A stretch of DNA of 63,968 bases, filler included, from Reclinomonas americana ATCC 50394 (taxonomy: Eukaryota): NCBI GenBank assembly GCA_048213135.1. It is 9 parts of 6 records of this genome, joined end to end, with 100 filler letters (N's around TTAATTAATTAA, not from the genome) between each part and the next. Parts side by side here need not be neighbours in the genome. Positions count along the whole stretch, not along the records: positions 1 to 8,376 come from PS015196.1; positions 8,477 to 33,548 come from PS015196.1; 7 more parts are not named here. One strand, given 5' to 3'. The stretch's first letter is position 1, and every line of letters begins with the position of its first letter. Made by a program: the position numbers and the translations under genes. Below are positions 1 to 12,486 of this stretch, one piece after another. Under the pieces are notes generated by a model that was not told the DNA's origin, searched no databases, and saw only the letters and a list, made by a program, of their open reading frames with translations.

Positions 1-129
1 TGTCGTGCCCTCTCTGCAGTTCACTCACCCTCTCATTCTGCTCTCTATATTACACTGTTTGCACCATGGCGTTTCTCTCACCCTCACAATCAAACCTCCT
101 GTCACTCTTACTCTCTCTTGTGTCATCAG

Positions 130-2664
130 GTGGTCGCGGTGGCATGGGCGGAGGCGGTGGCGGAGGCCGCAGCGACTTTTCCGCGACAATCAACGAGCCA
201 CCACCGAGCTTTCCGGTGAGAGAGAGGGGGACAGCACCTGAAACGCTTAGTGTCAGAGTGTCAGTTCGTTTGGGTGGCGTCGTTCTTGTCTATTGTCTCT
301 CAAAATCTGTGAGCTGCACGAACGAAGAGCCTCGCCTCACTGCACGCTTGAAAAGAGAGCGCAACGGACGTGCTTGGACGAGAGAGAGAGAGAGACGCTT
401 GTCGTTTGCTTGTGCGTGTACTTCTTCTTCAAATGCTCAGTGTCAGTCAATTCTCTCCTACTCCTCCTCTTCTTCTTCGTCGTCTTCTTCTTCTTGTCCT
501 TCTTGTTCTTCTTCTTCTTCTTGTTCTTGTTCTTTTTCTTCTTCTTCTTGTTCTCCTCCTCCTTCTCCTCCTCCTTCTTCTTCTTCTTCTTGTTCTTGTT
601 CTTCTTGTTCTTGTTCTTGTTCTTGTTCTTCTTCTTCTTCTTCTTCGTCTCCTCCTCCTTCTCCTCCCGTTCTTCTTCTTCTTCTCCTCCTTCTTCTCCC
701 TCTTCTCCCTCTTCTCCTCCTCCTCCTCCTTCTCCTTCTCCTCCTCCTCCTCCTCCTCCTCCTCCTCCTCCTCCTCCTCCTCCTCCTCCTCCTCCTCCTC
801 CTTTTTTTCTTCTTCGTCTTCTTCGTCCCTTTCACCCGCTTCTCCTTTCCCACCCTCACTCCCTTCCCCTTTCCCAGGAACGCACCCTCATCCGCGCCCC
901 CAACGACGAATCCACGGACGTCGGCCGCCGCCTCGTCGAATTTGCCAACGAGCTGCAGCAAATGTACGTGCGCTGCACCTACAACCCCTCCGAGTTCTCG
1001 CTCCCCGGCCGCAGCTCGCAAAAGCCCCGCGTGCGGCTCATTCGCGGCGTCGGTCTGCTGCCGCCACCCGAGTTGGCGGAGGATTTCGACAAGAACCCGC
1101 GGTTGTTGCCGCCAGAGTTGTTGCCGAGTTGCGTGAGGAAAGGGAAAGGGGGGCGCGGGGGAAGGGAGTAGCGAAGGGATGTGTTTCCTGCGTCGATCAC
1201 ATGTTGATGGACTCGGCGTTCTTCACCGAGTTTTTGGCGCCTGCAAGCGCATCTCTGCTCCTGTGGCAACTCGCCCTCAACACGCTATGCATTCCTTGAC
1301 CCGCTGCATGTGTTTTTCTGGGTTTCCTTGTGTGACAAGCACGCCCTAGTTTCATGAGCCTCTTGTTCCTCACTCTGCTGCTGCGCGCAGCCGCCGAGGC
1401 CTTCGAGTCGGGTCGACGCATCCAGAAGCGAGAAAACTTGAACGAGACGTTTGAGCAGTTGCAGCGGCAAGAAAAGGACATGGAGACTGTTACGTCTGCC
1501 AGGTGCAATTGCCTGATGGCACTGTCTCATGCTGCGATACAACAGAGGAGAATGGAACTCGGGCAGAGCGCGGACGATGAGGAGCAAGTGGCGCCAGAGG
1601 AGGAGATGGACGCGGAGGGCGACGAAATGGAAGGTTTGTCTGCGCACTCTCTCTGTACCGCGTCCTTCTGGTGGCGTCGCGCATTCTCCACACCATCATC
1701 ACTGCCGTTGCCACCATCACTGTCTCTTGCTTCCTCTCACTGCTCTCTTCGCTTCTTATGTGCCACGCGTGCTTTCTCCCTTGTCTCTTGAAGCTCGACG
1801 AGTTTCTGTCTTCTCACTATTCTATCCCTCTCGTCTTTTCACAGCTGTCTTTGTTTCTCTCTCTCATGCTCTCTTTTTCCTTTGCTGTGTGGCCTGTTTT
1901 CTTGTCACGATCGGCGAGCCTCGAACTCCTCCTCTATCCTCGCCTCTCCTTGTGTCTCCTAGTCTCTCCTTCGCTCTCTGTCTCTCTCTCTCGTCGTCTT
2001 TCATTCTCTCTCCTTGTCTTTCCTTGTCTTTCCTGTCTCTCCTAGCCCCTCCTTGTCTCTCCTTGTCTCTCCTTGTCTCCCTTGTCTCTCCTTGTTTCTC
2101 CTTGTCTCTCCTTCGCTCTCCTTTTCTCTCTGTCTCTCTCGTCGTCTTTCCTTCTCTGTCCTTGTCTCTCCTTCGCTCTCCTTTTCTCTCTGTCTCTCTC
2201 TCGTCGTCTTTCCTTCTCTGTCCTTCTCTGTCCTTGTCTCTCCTTGTCTCTCCTTCGCTCTCCTTCTCTCTCTCACTCTCGTCGTATTTCTCTCTCTCTC
2301 TCTCCTTGACTTTCCTTGTCTCTCCTTCTCTCTCCTTCTCATTCCTTTTTCCCTTCTCTCTCCTTCTCACCTGGTCGCTCCTTCTCTCCCCTTGTCCCTC
2401 ATCCCCACTCCCTACCCCTTCCCCCCTTTCCCACTTTCCCCCTTTCCCCCTTCCACCCTTCCCCCCCTCACTCCCTCCCTTTCCCCCTTCTACAGAGGAC
2501 ATTCGTCGCGACCTCAACGAACAAGTCGACGACGACGACGAATACGACGAGGAGGACGACGACGAAGGCGGTGCGTCCCCCTCCCCCCTCCCCCCATTCT
2601 CCACCCCCTTCACCCTCTCTCACTGTCTCTTCCCCCATCAACAGACGAAGGAGGCGTATACTAA
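130..2664 (+). CDS. RNA polymerase III subunit RPC31/RPC7 (POLR3G)-like protein, multi-exon, 5' end outside window
   Basis: Inferred exons 130-215, 878-1127, 1391-1488, 1546-1633, ~2495-2570, ~2645-2664 join in frame: GGRGGMGGG...EPPPSFP|ERTLIRAP...PRLLPPELLP|TAEAFE...LNETFEQLQRQE...very acidic tail ending DEGGVY*. The Gly/Arg-rich start, PPPxFP, LPPELL and acidic tail ending in an aromatic residue fit RPC31/POLR3G from my knowledge of the family; not searched. Confidence 0.6.
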
Positions 2665-2748
2665 CAGTCGAGGCTGAGAACCAAAAAATACACAATCGAA
2701 TGATGTTTGCAAACCACTTTGTACACTCTTTCCATCACTCCCGTTTTC

Positions 2749-3193
2749 TTAGTACACAGCCGAGGTCGTCATGAGCGGTGGCCGACTCATGGCCGACGGC
2801 GCCGTAGCAGTGCGCTTGGACGGCGATGAGATGCCGCGCGACGGTCCACTCGACGCCGACGCCGACACGGTCACACTGCTGCCCGTCACCCCACTGCGAA
2901 CCGACGACGACGCCGTCGACACGCGCGAAGGCGTACCCTGCTTGGGCAGGTCGCGCGGGTTGTGCATGCGATCGACGCGACATGAGTCCGTGGGAAGCGG
3001 GTTGGTGAAGCCGCCTGCTTGTCAAACAATGGAGGAAAGTGAGATGTCGTGAAGGGGACAGAGGGAGGCTTCCGAATTCTGGAGATGGAGATGACTAGTG
3101 TTGCAGCAAGACTGGGAGATGGAGAAAGAGAGAGAAAGTGAGAGGGAAGGAATGGAGAGAGTCGAGGCAAGAGACAAGAGTCAAAGTCAATGC

Positions 3194-3231
<38 letters not shown>

Positions 3232-6209
3232 CAACAAATTCAGAGTCGCACGAGACAATAGAGTTGAGGAGAGAGCTGAAGAAAAACTGCGATGACCTCA
3301 GCGAGCACAATACGGATACAGAAGAACGGGTGGGTGACAGATCAAACGAACTTAAGAATAAGAACAGTGATGCTTGTGCTCATGCGCACAATGAGTTGAG
3401 GAGAGAGTTAAGAAGTAGTCGAACTTGATGAAACAGTCTTGTTCCCCTTCTCTTCCAGACAAGACGCAGCAATCCAGCGCATGCAAAGGAGAAAGGTCAT
3501 AGAAAGAGAGAAGTTGTTCCAACTCCATGTGAAGATCAGTAACACGTTGTGTTTGCAGAACACAAAGAGCAGAAGCAAGACAGAAGGTAAATCCCCTCCT
3601 TCACCTTCTCCCCCCTTCTCCCTTTCCTATTCCCCCCTCCGCCCTTCCCCCTTCCTCCCCTCCTTTCCCCCAACTGCACCTCTGGCTGCCATGGCGCTCA
3701 GCGTCTGCGTCTGCGGCTGCATCCTGCGCGGCGACACCGTCGGCGACACACTCTTCTTCAGCGGCGACAGCTGCTCGGCCAACGACAACTGCATCTGCGG
3801 TGGCGGATTCTGCACGCGATCCACCGACGCCACCACCGTGTGCACCGACGTCGGCAGCACGTGATTCGGCTTGGCCGTCACCACCCGACTGCGCCCGTCG
3901 CTGTCCAGGGGCGCCTGCGGCGGCAGCGACGCCATGAACTGCTGCGTGCGACGCAGCGTCTCGCGCTTGTGGGCCTCGGAGCGCTCGTGCAGCTCCACCA
4001 CGCGGTCGGCCAGCAGCTCGCGGTGGGTGACGGTGGTGCGGAACATGTTTTGCGCGAGGCCTTCGCGGTTGCACGCGGGTCGGTCGTCGACCAGAGAGTG
4101 GTAACTAAAAGGAGGGGGAAGGGAGGGGAAAGGGTGAGGTAAAGGAAAGGGAATGGGGGGATAGGGAGGGAGGAAGAGAAGACGAAGAAGAGACGAGACG
4201 AGGAAAAAAAGGATGACAACGAAGGGGAGAGCGACAGATGCAGACACGTCACGCTCTCTCTCTTTCTGTCAAAACTAACGAGAGAGAAAGACGAGAGAGA
4301 TACAATGCAACGAATAAAACAGCGACAGGAGCGACACAAAGACAGGCTGGACACGGAGACAAGAGTGACACGACGACAGGAGATATACAGCGATACGGGC
4401 GACGCGGCGACACGAGAGATACAGCAACACAGAGAGACATGGTGACCGAAGAGACACAATGACAGAAGCGACGCGGTGATAGGAGAGACAGGAGACAAGA
4501 GTGGCAAAGCGACAGAAGCTACACGGAGACAGGAGCGCCAGTGACATAGTGAGACAAGTTGACATGAGCGATACAGCAATGGTGGCAGGAGCGACGCGGT
4601 GACATGAGCAAAATATAGACCGAAGAGACACAATGACAGGAACAACTCGGTGACAAGAACGACAATGGGGCATGAGCGACACGGAGACAGGAGCGACAGT
4701 GACACAGATAGACACGTTGACAGTGCGACACAGCAATACAATCCAGCATCATGAGCAACACAGCGACACGAGCGACAGTAACACGAGCAACACAACGACA
4801 GGAGCGATACTGCGAAACACGTGACGCAGTGACAGCAAAAACACAGCAAGCGAGAACTCTCTCTCTCTCTCTCTCTCTCTTCGTTTCCAGCGAGACGCAA
4901 CGTGCTCAGCAAGTCCCTCTCACGAGCCGGCGACGGCGCAAACGTGACCAGATCGCCGCCTTGCGGGTGATGATAGGCTACACGACGGCGACCAAATGCA
5001 GCGGATCCCACTTGTTGGTGTTGCTTTCTGTGCGACAGAGAGAGAGGGAGAGTGAGCGCAGGGGGCGAAGAGAAAGGCAAGATGAGGTAGACCAGGAGGA
5101 GCACGTGAGAGGGAAGCACAGAGAGACGGGCAAGGAGAACGAAGTTCGACAAGGGGACGAGGAGGAATGGGTAGAAAAAGATCACCAATGGAGAGAGTGG
5201 AGGGAGAGAAGAAGCGAAAAGAGCGCCTGTCACAGAGGGATAAGAAGATGCAAGAGCACAGACGGGAGCAAGCAAGAGAGACTGAGAGAGAGCGATCACA
5301 AGGATGATGCAGAACCCCTAATGGAGAGGGAAGCGAGAAAAGCGAAGTCCCAGAGAGGAACACGAAGAATAAGAAGAACTCGGGAAGCACAGATGGGAGC
5401 AAGCACAAGAGAAAGAGAGGAGAAAAGATCACGAGGAAGAAGATCTTCAATCGAGAGTGACAGAGAGAGAGAGAGAGAGAGAAAGAAGCAGGAATAGCGT
5501 GGGCCCAGAGAGCAGCAAGAAGAACAAGAAGAACACGACAAGCACCGACGAAAACAAGAACGAGAGGAAGAGAAAGATCGCAAGGAAGAAGATCCTCAAT
5601 CGAGAGTAACAGGGAGAAAGAGAGAGAGAGAGAGAGAGAGAAGCAAGAACAGTGATGACACAGAGAGGAAGAGCAACCAGAGAGACGCACCACAAGAGCA
5701 AGCACGAGAGACAGGAGAGAAAGATCACGCGGAAGATGAAGATCACCAACACACACATAGAGAGAGAGAGAAGGAGAAGAGTATGGATCCAGAGAAGAGC
5801 AAGAAGAACACGACACGCAGCGACAAGAGCAAGCACACGAGACAGGAGAGAAAGATCACAAAAATGAAGATCTCAAAATGGACAAAGAAGAGAGAGAGAG
5901 AGAGAGAGAGAGGAGAGCGAAGACACAGAGAGGAGGAGCAACCAGAGAGAGCAAGCACGAAAGACAAAGCGTGTTCGGTAACCAATCTCCTTCCAAACAC
6001 CCTTCTCCCCCACCCTTCTCCCACCCTTCTCCTCCCCTTCATCCATCGCGCAACTGCTCATGATACCAGTCAATCACGCGCGTCGGCGCCTTGACCTCGG
6101 CATGCCTGTACGCCGAGATCCGCACCGCACCAACGCCCACAGTGGCCGCGCGTGCTCGCGGCGACACGGAGCGCACTCGCGGACGCGCGAACGTGCCGGT
6201 GAATGGCAT
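2749..6209 (-). CDS. Hypothetical multi-exon protein (Ser/Pro/Arg-rich)
   Basis: GC-rich exon islands between polypyrimidine introns: ~6209-6090 (MPFTGTFARPRVRS...), ~5010-4885, ~4095-3680 (DDRPACNREGLAQNMFRTT...), and last exon to TAA at 2749 (...PPLMTTSAVY*). No family recognised; exon joins are approximate. Confidence 0.5.
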
Positions 6210-6410
6210 ATTTTCACAGGCACGCACGCACGCACGCGCAACAAAGAGAAGAAGAAAAAACGCAAGAATGAGAAGCAATCAACGGACTCGTGCCGTCTAA
6301 AAACTCTGTGAGTGAAATGCAAAACGCACGCGCGTGAGCGAGCACTCTATGTGTGTATTCTTCCGCGCTCTTTTCTGTACGGCCTCGTTGCGTGCGAGAT
6401 AGAGGCTGGT

Positions 6411-6795
6411 GCGGCAGTGTGGCACAGGTGAATCGCTTTTGATGTGCGCTGATAACACCGTGGTGTCATCCGAACGCATCAGTCATCTCGCATCGATCTT
6501 CATGCTCCTCTGTCAGTGCCATCTCGTTTCTCTCCTTTTCCTTCACTCAGCTCTTCTTGTTGACAGTGCTTCAAATCCCTATCTGAATCACCTTTGATGT
6601 GCGCTGATAACATCGTGGTGTCATCCGATCGCGAACGCATCAGTCATCTGTTGTCGCTCCTCTGTCTCTCTTCCTGCTTCTCTGTCAGCGCCACCTTGCT
6701 CCTGTTCCTGTTCCTTTCCAGTATGCAGTCTTCCTGCGGCTGTGTGGCACAGGTGAATCACTTTGATGTGCGTTGAAAACATCGCGATTGTCGCA
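6411..6795. repeat. Three imperfect copies of a 60-80 bp non-microsatellite unit (~6411, ~6582, ~6737)
   Basis: Shared core tgaatc..tttgatgtgcg(c/t)tga(t/a)aaca(c/t)cg; copies 1 and 3 also share gcggc.gtgtggcacagg. Confidence 0.85.
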
Positions 6796-6841
6796 CGCGC
6801 ACATCACCGTTCGTTTCTCCGACAAAGGCACGCTTGCGTCA

Positions 6842-6892
<51 letters not shown>

Positions 6893-7138
6893 GCACACAC
6901 ACACACACAAGCGCGCGCACACGCACGCACACTCACATGCGCATACATGTTGCTCTCGTGCTCTCTCTCTCTCTCTCTCGTTGTTTATTCCTTCTTTTCT
7001 TTCTTCCTTCTTTCTCCCGTTTCCCCTCCCGCTCCCTCTCCCCCTTTTCCCTCCCTCTCCCCTTTCCCCTCCCTCCCCCTTTTCCCTCCCCCTTCCCCTT
7101 CCCACCCCTTCCCCTCTCACCACCCTTCCCCTTTTAGG

Positions 7139-8922
7139 ATGGTCCGCCGGAGCAAATCCAAGCGCCTGGAAGACGCCGAAACCAAACACTGCGACTCCCT
7201 CCGCCTCCTCTTCGCCCTCAACTTCTCCACCGCCGCCACCGCCTTTCTCGAGTGCTTTCGCGAATTCGAAGAACTACGCGGCCTCGACAACCCCTGGACC
7301 CTCACCGCCTGGCACTTGTACTTTGCATGCGCCGCGCACGTCGCCAACCTCCGCACGCAGGCGCTATCGGTGCTGCAGGAGCAGACACTGCCGGCGTTTC
7401 GCCGCGTCTACGGTGACGCGCATCCGAGCACCTTGGCGGTGACGGCGACGCTCGGCGGCCTGCTGACGGCGTTGAATCGGGGTGACGAGGCCGCGCGAGT
7501 GCTGCAGGAGGCGCCGTCGTCGTCGGTGGTGGTGAAGGAGTCGTGGGCCGCGGATGCGGAGCAGGCGCTGCTGGCGATGCACAATGTCGCCGCTGGCCTG
7601 GCGGCCTACAAGGCAGCGGCAGTGGTGCCGGCCTCTGCTGAGGTCGGCACACTGCGCGTGCAGCTGCAGCGCGGGCGATTGACGGTCGGCGACGACAATC
7701 AGGCCACGTTGGAGACGGCGCGGAGCTTGGGAGTCGAATTGGTGCGAGTCGGCGGTGCGGAGAATGTCCAGGAGGCGATTACGCTGCTGCGCGACACACA
7801 CGAGCGCTGCAGGCGGGTGCTGCAGGCCAACGACATGGTGGCAATCAATACGGTGGCGAGCTTGGGAATGGCGCTGCAGGCCGCTGATAGGATCGACGAG
7901 GCCATGCCGCTGCTGGTGAACGCGCTGCGCCAGATGCCGCGTGAGGCGCCATTCACTGCAGAGGCGTCGTACTGTGTCGCGCGCATGCTATGCAAGAAGG
8001 GCCGGCGAACCGAAGCCCACACGTACTTGCAGGGACTCCATCAGCGACAGTGGAAGCCGCGCTTCACGCCGGGTTCCGCTGCTCATCTCGAGTACCTGTC
8101 GCTGAGTCACGTGTTGGGCGACGAGCTCAAGAATCACGGCCACCACGGCGACGCCGTGCAGGTATTGGAGCCCGTGCTGGCCGAACGGCGGCAACTGCTC
8201 GGCCACGACCACGCCGACACGCTCGCCACGGCGTTCAGCCTGAGTGTGGCGTTGGGTTTTGCGCGTCGGTTCGACGAGGCCACTGTCGCGCTGCTACGCG
8301 ACACGCTGGAACGCCTGCAGCGGGTGTGTGCGGCCGGCAAGGAGGACGCCAACGTGGTGACAGTCAAGCACGATCTNNNNNNNNNNNNNNNNNNNNNNNN
8401 NNNNNNNNNNNNNNNNNNNNTTAATTAATTAANNNNNNNNNNNNNNNNNNNNNNNNNNNNNNNNNNNNNNNNNNNNACTGACTAGTGCACACCACCTCGC
8501 GGTCCGGTTACTGAGAGCGGGCGGCGCGGCGAGCGAGGCGGTATCGCTGTTGGAGGACACGCTGGCGCGTCGGCGGCAAACACTGGGCGCCGAGCACGAG
8601 GACACGCAGCGGACGGCGGCGGAGTTGGAGAGGGCGCGGGAGGCGGTGGCTGCCGCTGCTGCACGGCGTATGGAACGGAAGCGTTCTGCCTCGCCAGTGG
8701 GTAAGTGATCGTGCTTCCCTTGTCTTGTGATTGTTTGCTGAAGTCTATTCAGGTGATGCGTCGTCGCCACCGCCAGCACAGCGGCAGCGAGTTGCGCCCA
8801 CTCAATTTGTGTATGGCGGTACGTTGAGCGCGGGTGGTGTCATTGATAATCATCGGCAGCCGTCGTCGCCACCCGTTGGTGGCCTGGAGATTCAGCCGTC
8901 GTCGCAGCAGGCGGAGCAGTGA
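7139..8922 (+). CDS. Tetratricopeptide-repeat protein (kinesin-light-chain/TPR_10-TPR_12 type), interrupted by a contig linker
   Basis: Repeated motifs RRVYGDAHPSTL, TVGDDNQATL, RRQLLGHDHADTL, and after the linker RRQTLGAEHEDT. GT-AG intron at ~8701-8752; stop at 8922. The ATG at 7139 follows an acceptor-like tract, so an upstream exon is possible. Confidence 0.8.
8377..8476. other. Artificial contig linker N44-TTAATTAATTAA-N44; others at 33549-33648, 40992-41091, 46326-46425, 54616-54715, 58570-58669, 61319-61418, 62786-62885
   Basis: Identical palindromic all-frame-stop 12-mer embedded in Ns, present eight times. Confidence 0.97.
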
Positions 8923-9099
8923 GGCAGTGGAGAGAAGAAAGGGTGGTGGTAATGGTGGAGAAGGGTGAAGTATGTGTGTTTTAAGTTTAGTACAGGCAGT
9001 GTTTCATGTTGTACAACAGTATGTCGCGGGGTTGGTGGTGACTGCTGTGACATTCTCGTTCCCTCCCTCTCTTTCTCTCAAACGCCGTCGACCGCGTTT

Positions 9100-10753
9100 T
9101 CACTTAGCCCTCTCGAGCTCATCAGTGGGATCAACATCCACACACAATACAAACTGCCGCAGTCGTCTGCTCAGCTCCTGCTCTTCTTTCTCCTCCTTCT
9201 CCTCCTCCTCTGCCTTCTTCTTCTTCTTTCCCGACGGCGTCACAGCCGCCGGCCTGTCCATCACCTTGAACACGTGTGCAGGCACCACCCAATAAAACCT
9301 CACCGGCTCATTCTCCTTGCAGCCCAGTGCTCGCAGCATCGCCGCCAGACCGCTCCTGCCACTCTCGGTCACTGCCTTGATGGTGTGGTCTTCGTTGACG
9401 GTCATCTTGCCGACGGTGAAGGCGGCAGATCCGTCGTTGACCGACAGCACAAAATCCACGGCAGCAAAGTTCTTGGCCAACGGCCGCCAGTAGTGGGGTC
9501 CGCCACCGCCCGCAGCCGCCGCCACCACCTGCGCCACATCGTCAAACTCGTGCATCGTGCACCGCGGAATCTCCACCTTCGTCTCCACAACATCACCGCT
9601 GGTGAGCAGCTCACGGCACGCAAACTGGCCTCCGGCAGCCAGCACGCCATGCGCCATCTCCTCAAACACATGACCAAAGAGCACCGAGCCGACAGCACCC
9701 AGCATGCGCAGCCTCGACAGCAGGAACTTCCAATTGGTGTTCTGCCGGGCGGAGACGTGCCAGAGCCGGAACAGCTCCTTCATCACGTAGTGTGACGCAA
9801 AGTCGACGCAGGTGAGCCTAAAGTCATCGCGGTTGACAACGAGGTGCACGAGGCGGTGTGAGATGGTGTCCTCGCGGTCGTTGAGAGTGCCCGCCGCTCG
9901 GATAAGGTCCTCGGGCATGAAGCAGGAAAAGGCGCGCTGCAACGCCAGTTGCGCGCCAGCGCCGACGTTGGCGAGCACCATTCGCGCCGATCCGCCCCAC
10001 TTGAGGTACCGCTGTAGCACTTCCTCGCGGTCCTGACTGGGGAATGCCACTTGTCGCAGCAGCTCGATTTCCTCATACTCATACGTTGGAAAATACAACG
10101 GCACCGCGCCGCGCTTCTCAAAGGTCTTCCAGAGCAGTCGGTTGGGCGACGTGATGAGCAGTGACATGGTCACCTCGTCGGGCCCGTAAAGGCCGGGCGT
10201 CGTGCCGTCCACCAGATACAGGTCGATGTGGTGATCATCTAGAAAGTCCGCCGCGCTCACGGACCGCCACACTCGATCGCCAACGATGAAGTAAGGCTGG
10301 TAATTGTAAACGTCACCATGACAGAGCAAGATCGTCTTCTCCGCCAGCAGGGCGCGGTAGAGCACATACATGCCGAATGCCGACTTGGAGCTGGCATAAG
10401 AGAGAAGAGAACAGAGCAGTGAGGGAGTGAGGAGTACTGCGGACGAACCACGGCACGACGCAAGTCACATCAACTCAACATGCCAGGCGTGCCTGTGATG
10501 AAAAACTTGGACAGGTTTCCACGTGACCGAGCAGGATCCAAGCCACCGAGACCGGCAGATGAGGAGTACAGGCGGTCGTAAAAGTCACGCACGAACAGAA
10601 TGGGTGATGCAGTGCCGGGCCACGTAAAGCCCTTCTCCAATTCGATGTAGGTGGCGTGTGTAATGTCGTTCGTCTTGGTGCGTGTGGAGGTTACCGGGTC
10701 GACGTGCCACAGAGCGGCACGGCGCATGGCAGCGATGCGCTTCTCCATCGCCG
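9100..10753 (-). CDS. Crinkler (CRN)/RHS-type P-loop NTPase + PD-(D/E)XK restriction-endonuclease-fold protein; N-terminus lost in gap
   Basis: Removing intron 10479-10391 gives FFITGTPGISKSAFGMY (Walker A). Further motifs: LYLVDG (Walker B), LITSP, PTYEYEEI, WGGSAR, SHRLVH, FASHYV, GHVFEEMAH, YWRPLAKNFAAVDFV, KMTVNEDHTIK, FYWVVP. This order matches the NTPase+REase architecture of Crinkler/RHS proteins. Confidence 0.8.
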
Positions 10754-11423
10754 CTGCAGGTGGTTGAGGAGCGGAGAGAGTGAAAGTGTGTGTGTGTGTG
10801 TGTGTGTGTGTGNNNNNNNNNNNNNNNNNNNNNNNNNNNNNNNNNNNNNNNNNNNNNNNNNNNNNNNNNNNNNNNNNNNNNNNNNNNNNNNNNNNNNNNN
10901 NNNNNNNNNNNNNNNNNNNNNNNNNNNNNNNNNNNNNNNNNNNNNNNNNNNNNNNNNNNNNNNNNNNNNNNNNNNNNNNNNNNNNNNNNNNNNNNNNNNN
11001 NNNNNNNNNNNNNNNNNNNNNNNNNNNNNNNNNNNNNNNNNNNNNNNNNNNNNNNNNNNNNNNNNNNNNNNNNNNNNNNNNNNNNNNNNNNNNNNNNNNN
11101 NNNNNNNNNNNNNNNNNNNNNNNNNNNNNNNNNNNNNNNNNNNNNNNNNNNNNNNNNNNNNNNNNNNNNNNNNNNNNNNNNNNNNNNNNNNNNNNNNNNN
11201 NNNNNNNNNNNNNNNNNNNNNNNNNNNNNNNNNNNNNNNNNNNNNNNNNNNNNNNNNNNNNNNNNNNNNNNNNNNNNNNNNNNNNNNNNNNNNNNNNNNN
11301 NNNNNNNNNNNNNNNNNNNNNNNNNNNNNNNNNNNNNNNNNNNNNNNNNNNNNNNNNNNNNNNNNNNNNNNNNNNNNNNNNNNNNNNNNNNNNNNNNNNN
11401 NNNNNNNNNNNNNNNNNNNNNNN

Positions 11424-11463
<40 letters not shown>

Positions 11464-11868
11464 CGACACACCCTCACCTCTTGTTGACAAGAAGCGGCGA
11501 GAGCACAGTGAGAGAGCGAACACATGTGCTCACTCCAGCAGCAGTGATAGCAGCAAGCCGACCTGTGTTGGTGTTGTGAAGAAGACCTCTAATGAGCAGT
11601 GGAGAAAAAACAGAGAAAAAAGGGAGGGAGGGAGATGGAGACGCACCAGTGCTGGCAAGAGCGGCAAACATCGTTATTGCTGCAGGCCTTGGGAAACACA
11701 AAAGTAGCACAACTACATAAGCGAAAGCAACACGGCAAAAGCTGTCATCTGCGGTCCGTCCGAACACAACCCGACCCCGACACTGTGTGCCAGCGAGACT
11801 TCAGTACATCGGAGGCTTCCCCATGAACACTCTGTGACCGCTGGCGAGAAAGATGATGTGTTCAAAAT

Positions 11869-12486
11869 TCAATACTTCGCATCCACAACAGTGAACCTCT
11901 TGTCCGCGTCCTTTCTCACGTGCACCACACTGGAGTCTAGCACACGCTTCACCGAGCTGCGCTGGCGCTGCTTCGGATTCGCAGCTCCCAGCAACCTGGC
12001 GACGGCATCCCACACCGCTCTCGAGTTCTTTCCCTGCACTCCCCATGCATTGCAGTGAGTTGAGGCGGACACTGCGCAGTCCCTCTTCATCGCACCACTC
12101 ACCTCCTTTGGCCTCAGGTGGACAGGAACACAATCCAATGGCGCAGTGTCGTCGGTGGCGAGAAAGTCAATGTCGAATCGCCAAGTCCAAAATCGCCGAG
12201 CCGTGTTCTTGGCCCTCCAGATGCCCCGGTTTCGTTCCTCTCTCCGCTGCCGCTCCTCTTCTTGCAGCCGACGTAGCTCCTGTTCTCGGTAGAGATCATG
12301 ACAACGCATAACGCGAACAATCCGTTGATTCCGGTACTCGAGATAATCCAGCTGCAGCAGTCGTTTCCTCATGTCTCGCAGCTGGCGCCTGAAATCCCTG
12401 TCCATAATGTGCCGTGGAAAGTAGGGCGATCGTGACATCCCCATGGCTGCGCAGATCGAAATGGACCGGGGTGGTCTTGTCTCCAC
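11869..12486 (-). CDS. Hypothetical protein (205-aa ORF with a short coiled coil)
   Basis: Non-repetitive open frame (...REQELRRLQEEERQRREER...). No family recognised; may be an exon of a larger gene. Confidence 0.35.
   Translation of the reverse strand: METRPPRSISICAAMGMSRSPYFPRHIMDRDFRRQLRDMRKRLLQLDYLEYRNQRIVRVMRCHDLYREQELRRLQEEERQRREERNRGIWRAKNTARRFWTWRFDIDFLATDDTAPLDCVPVHLRPKEVSGAMKRDCAVSASTHCNAWGVQGKNSRAVWDAVARLLGAANPKQRQRSSVKRVLDSSVVHVRKDADKRFTVVDAKY

Noticed and set aside
421-870. Long poly-Ser/Leu/Pro/Arg/Glu ORFs here and in many other places (e.g. 1864-2613, 4751-5497, 41044-42411, 59279-60742)
   Set aside because: They are translations of stop-poor purine/pyrimidine microsatellite introns, bounded by splice sites of real genes.
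8421-8432. TTAATTAATTAA palindrome as a biological motif (e.g. piggyBac TTAA site)
   Set aside because: Always centred in an exact 100-nt N block, so it is an assembly spacer.
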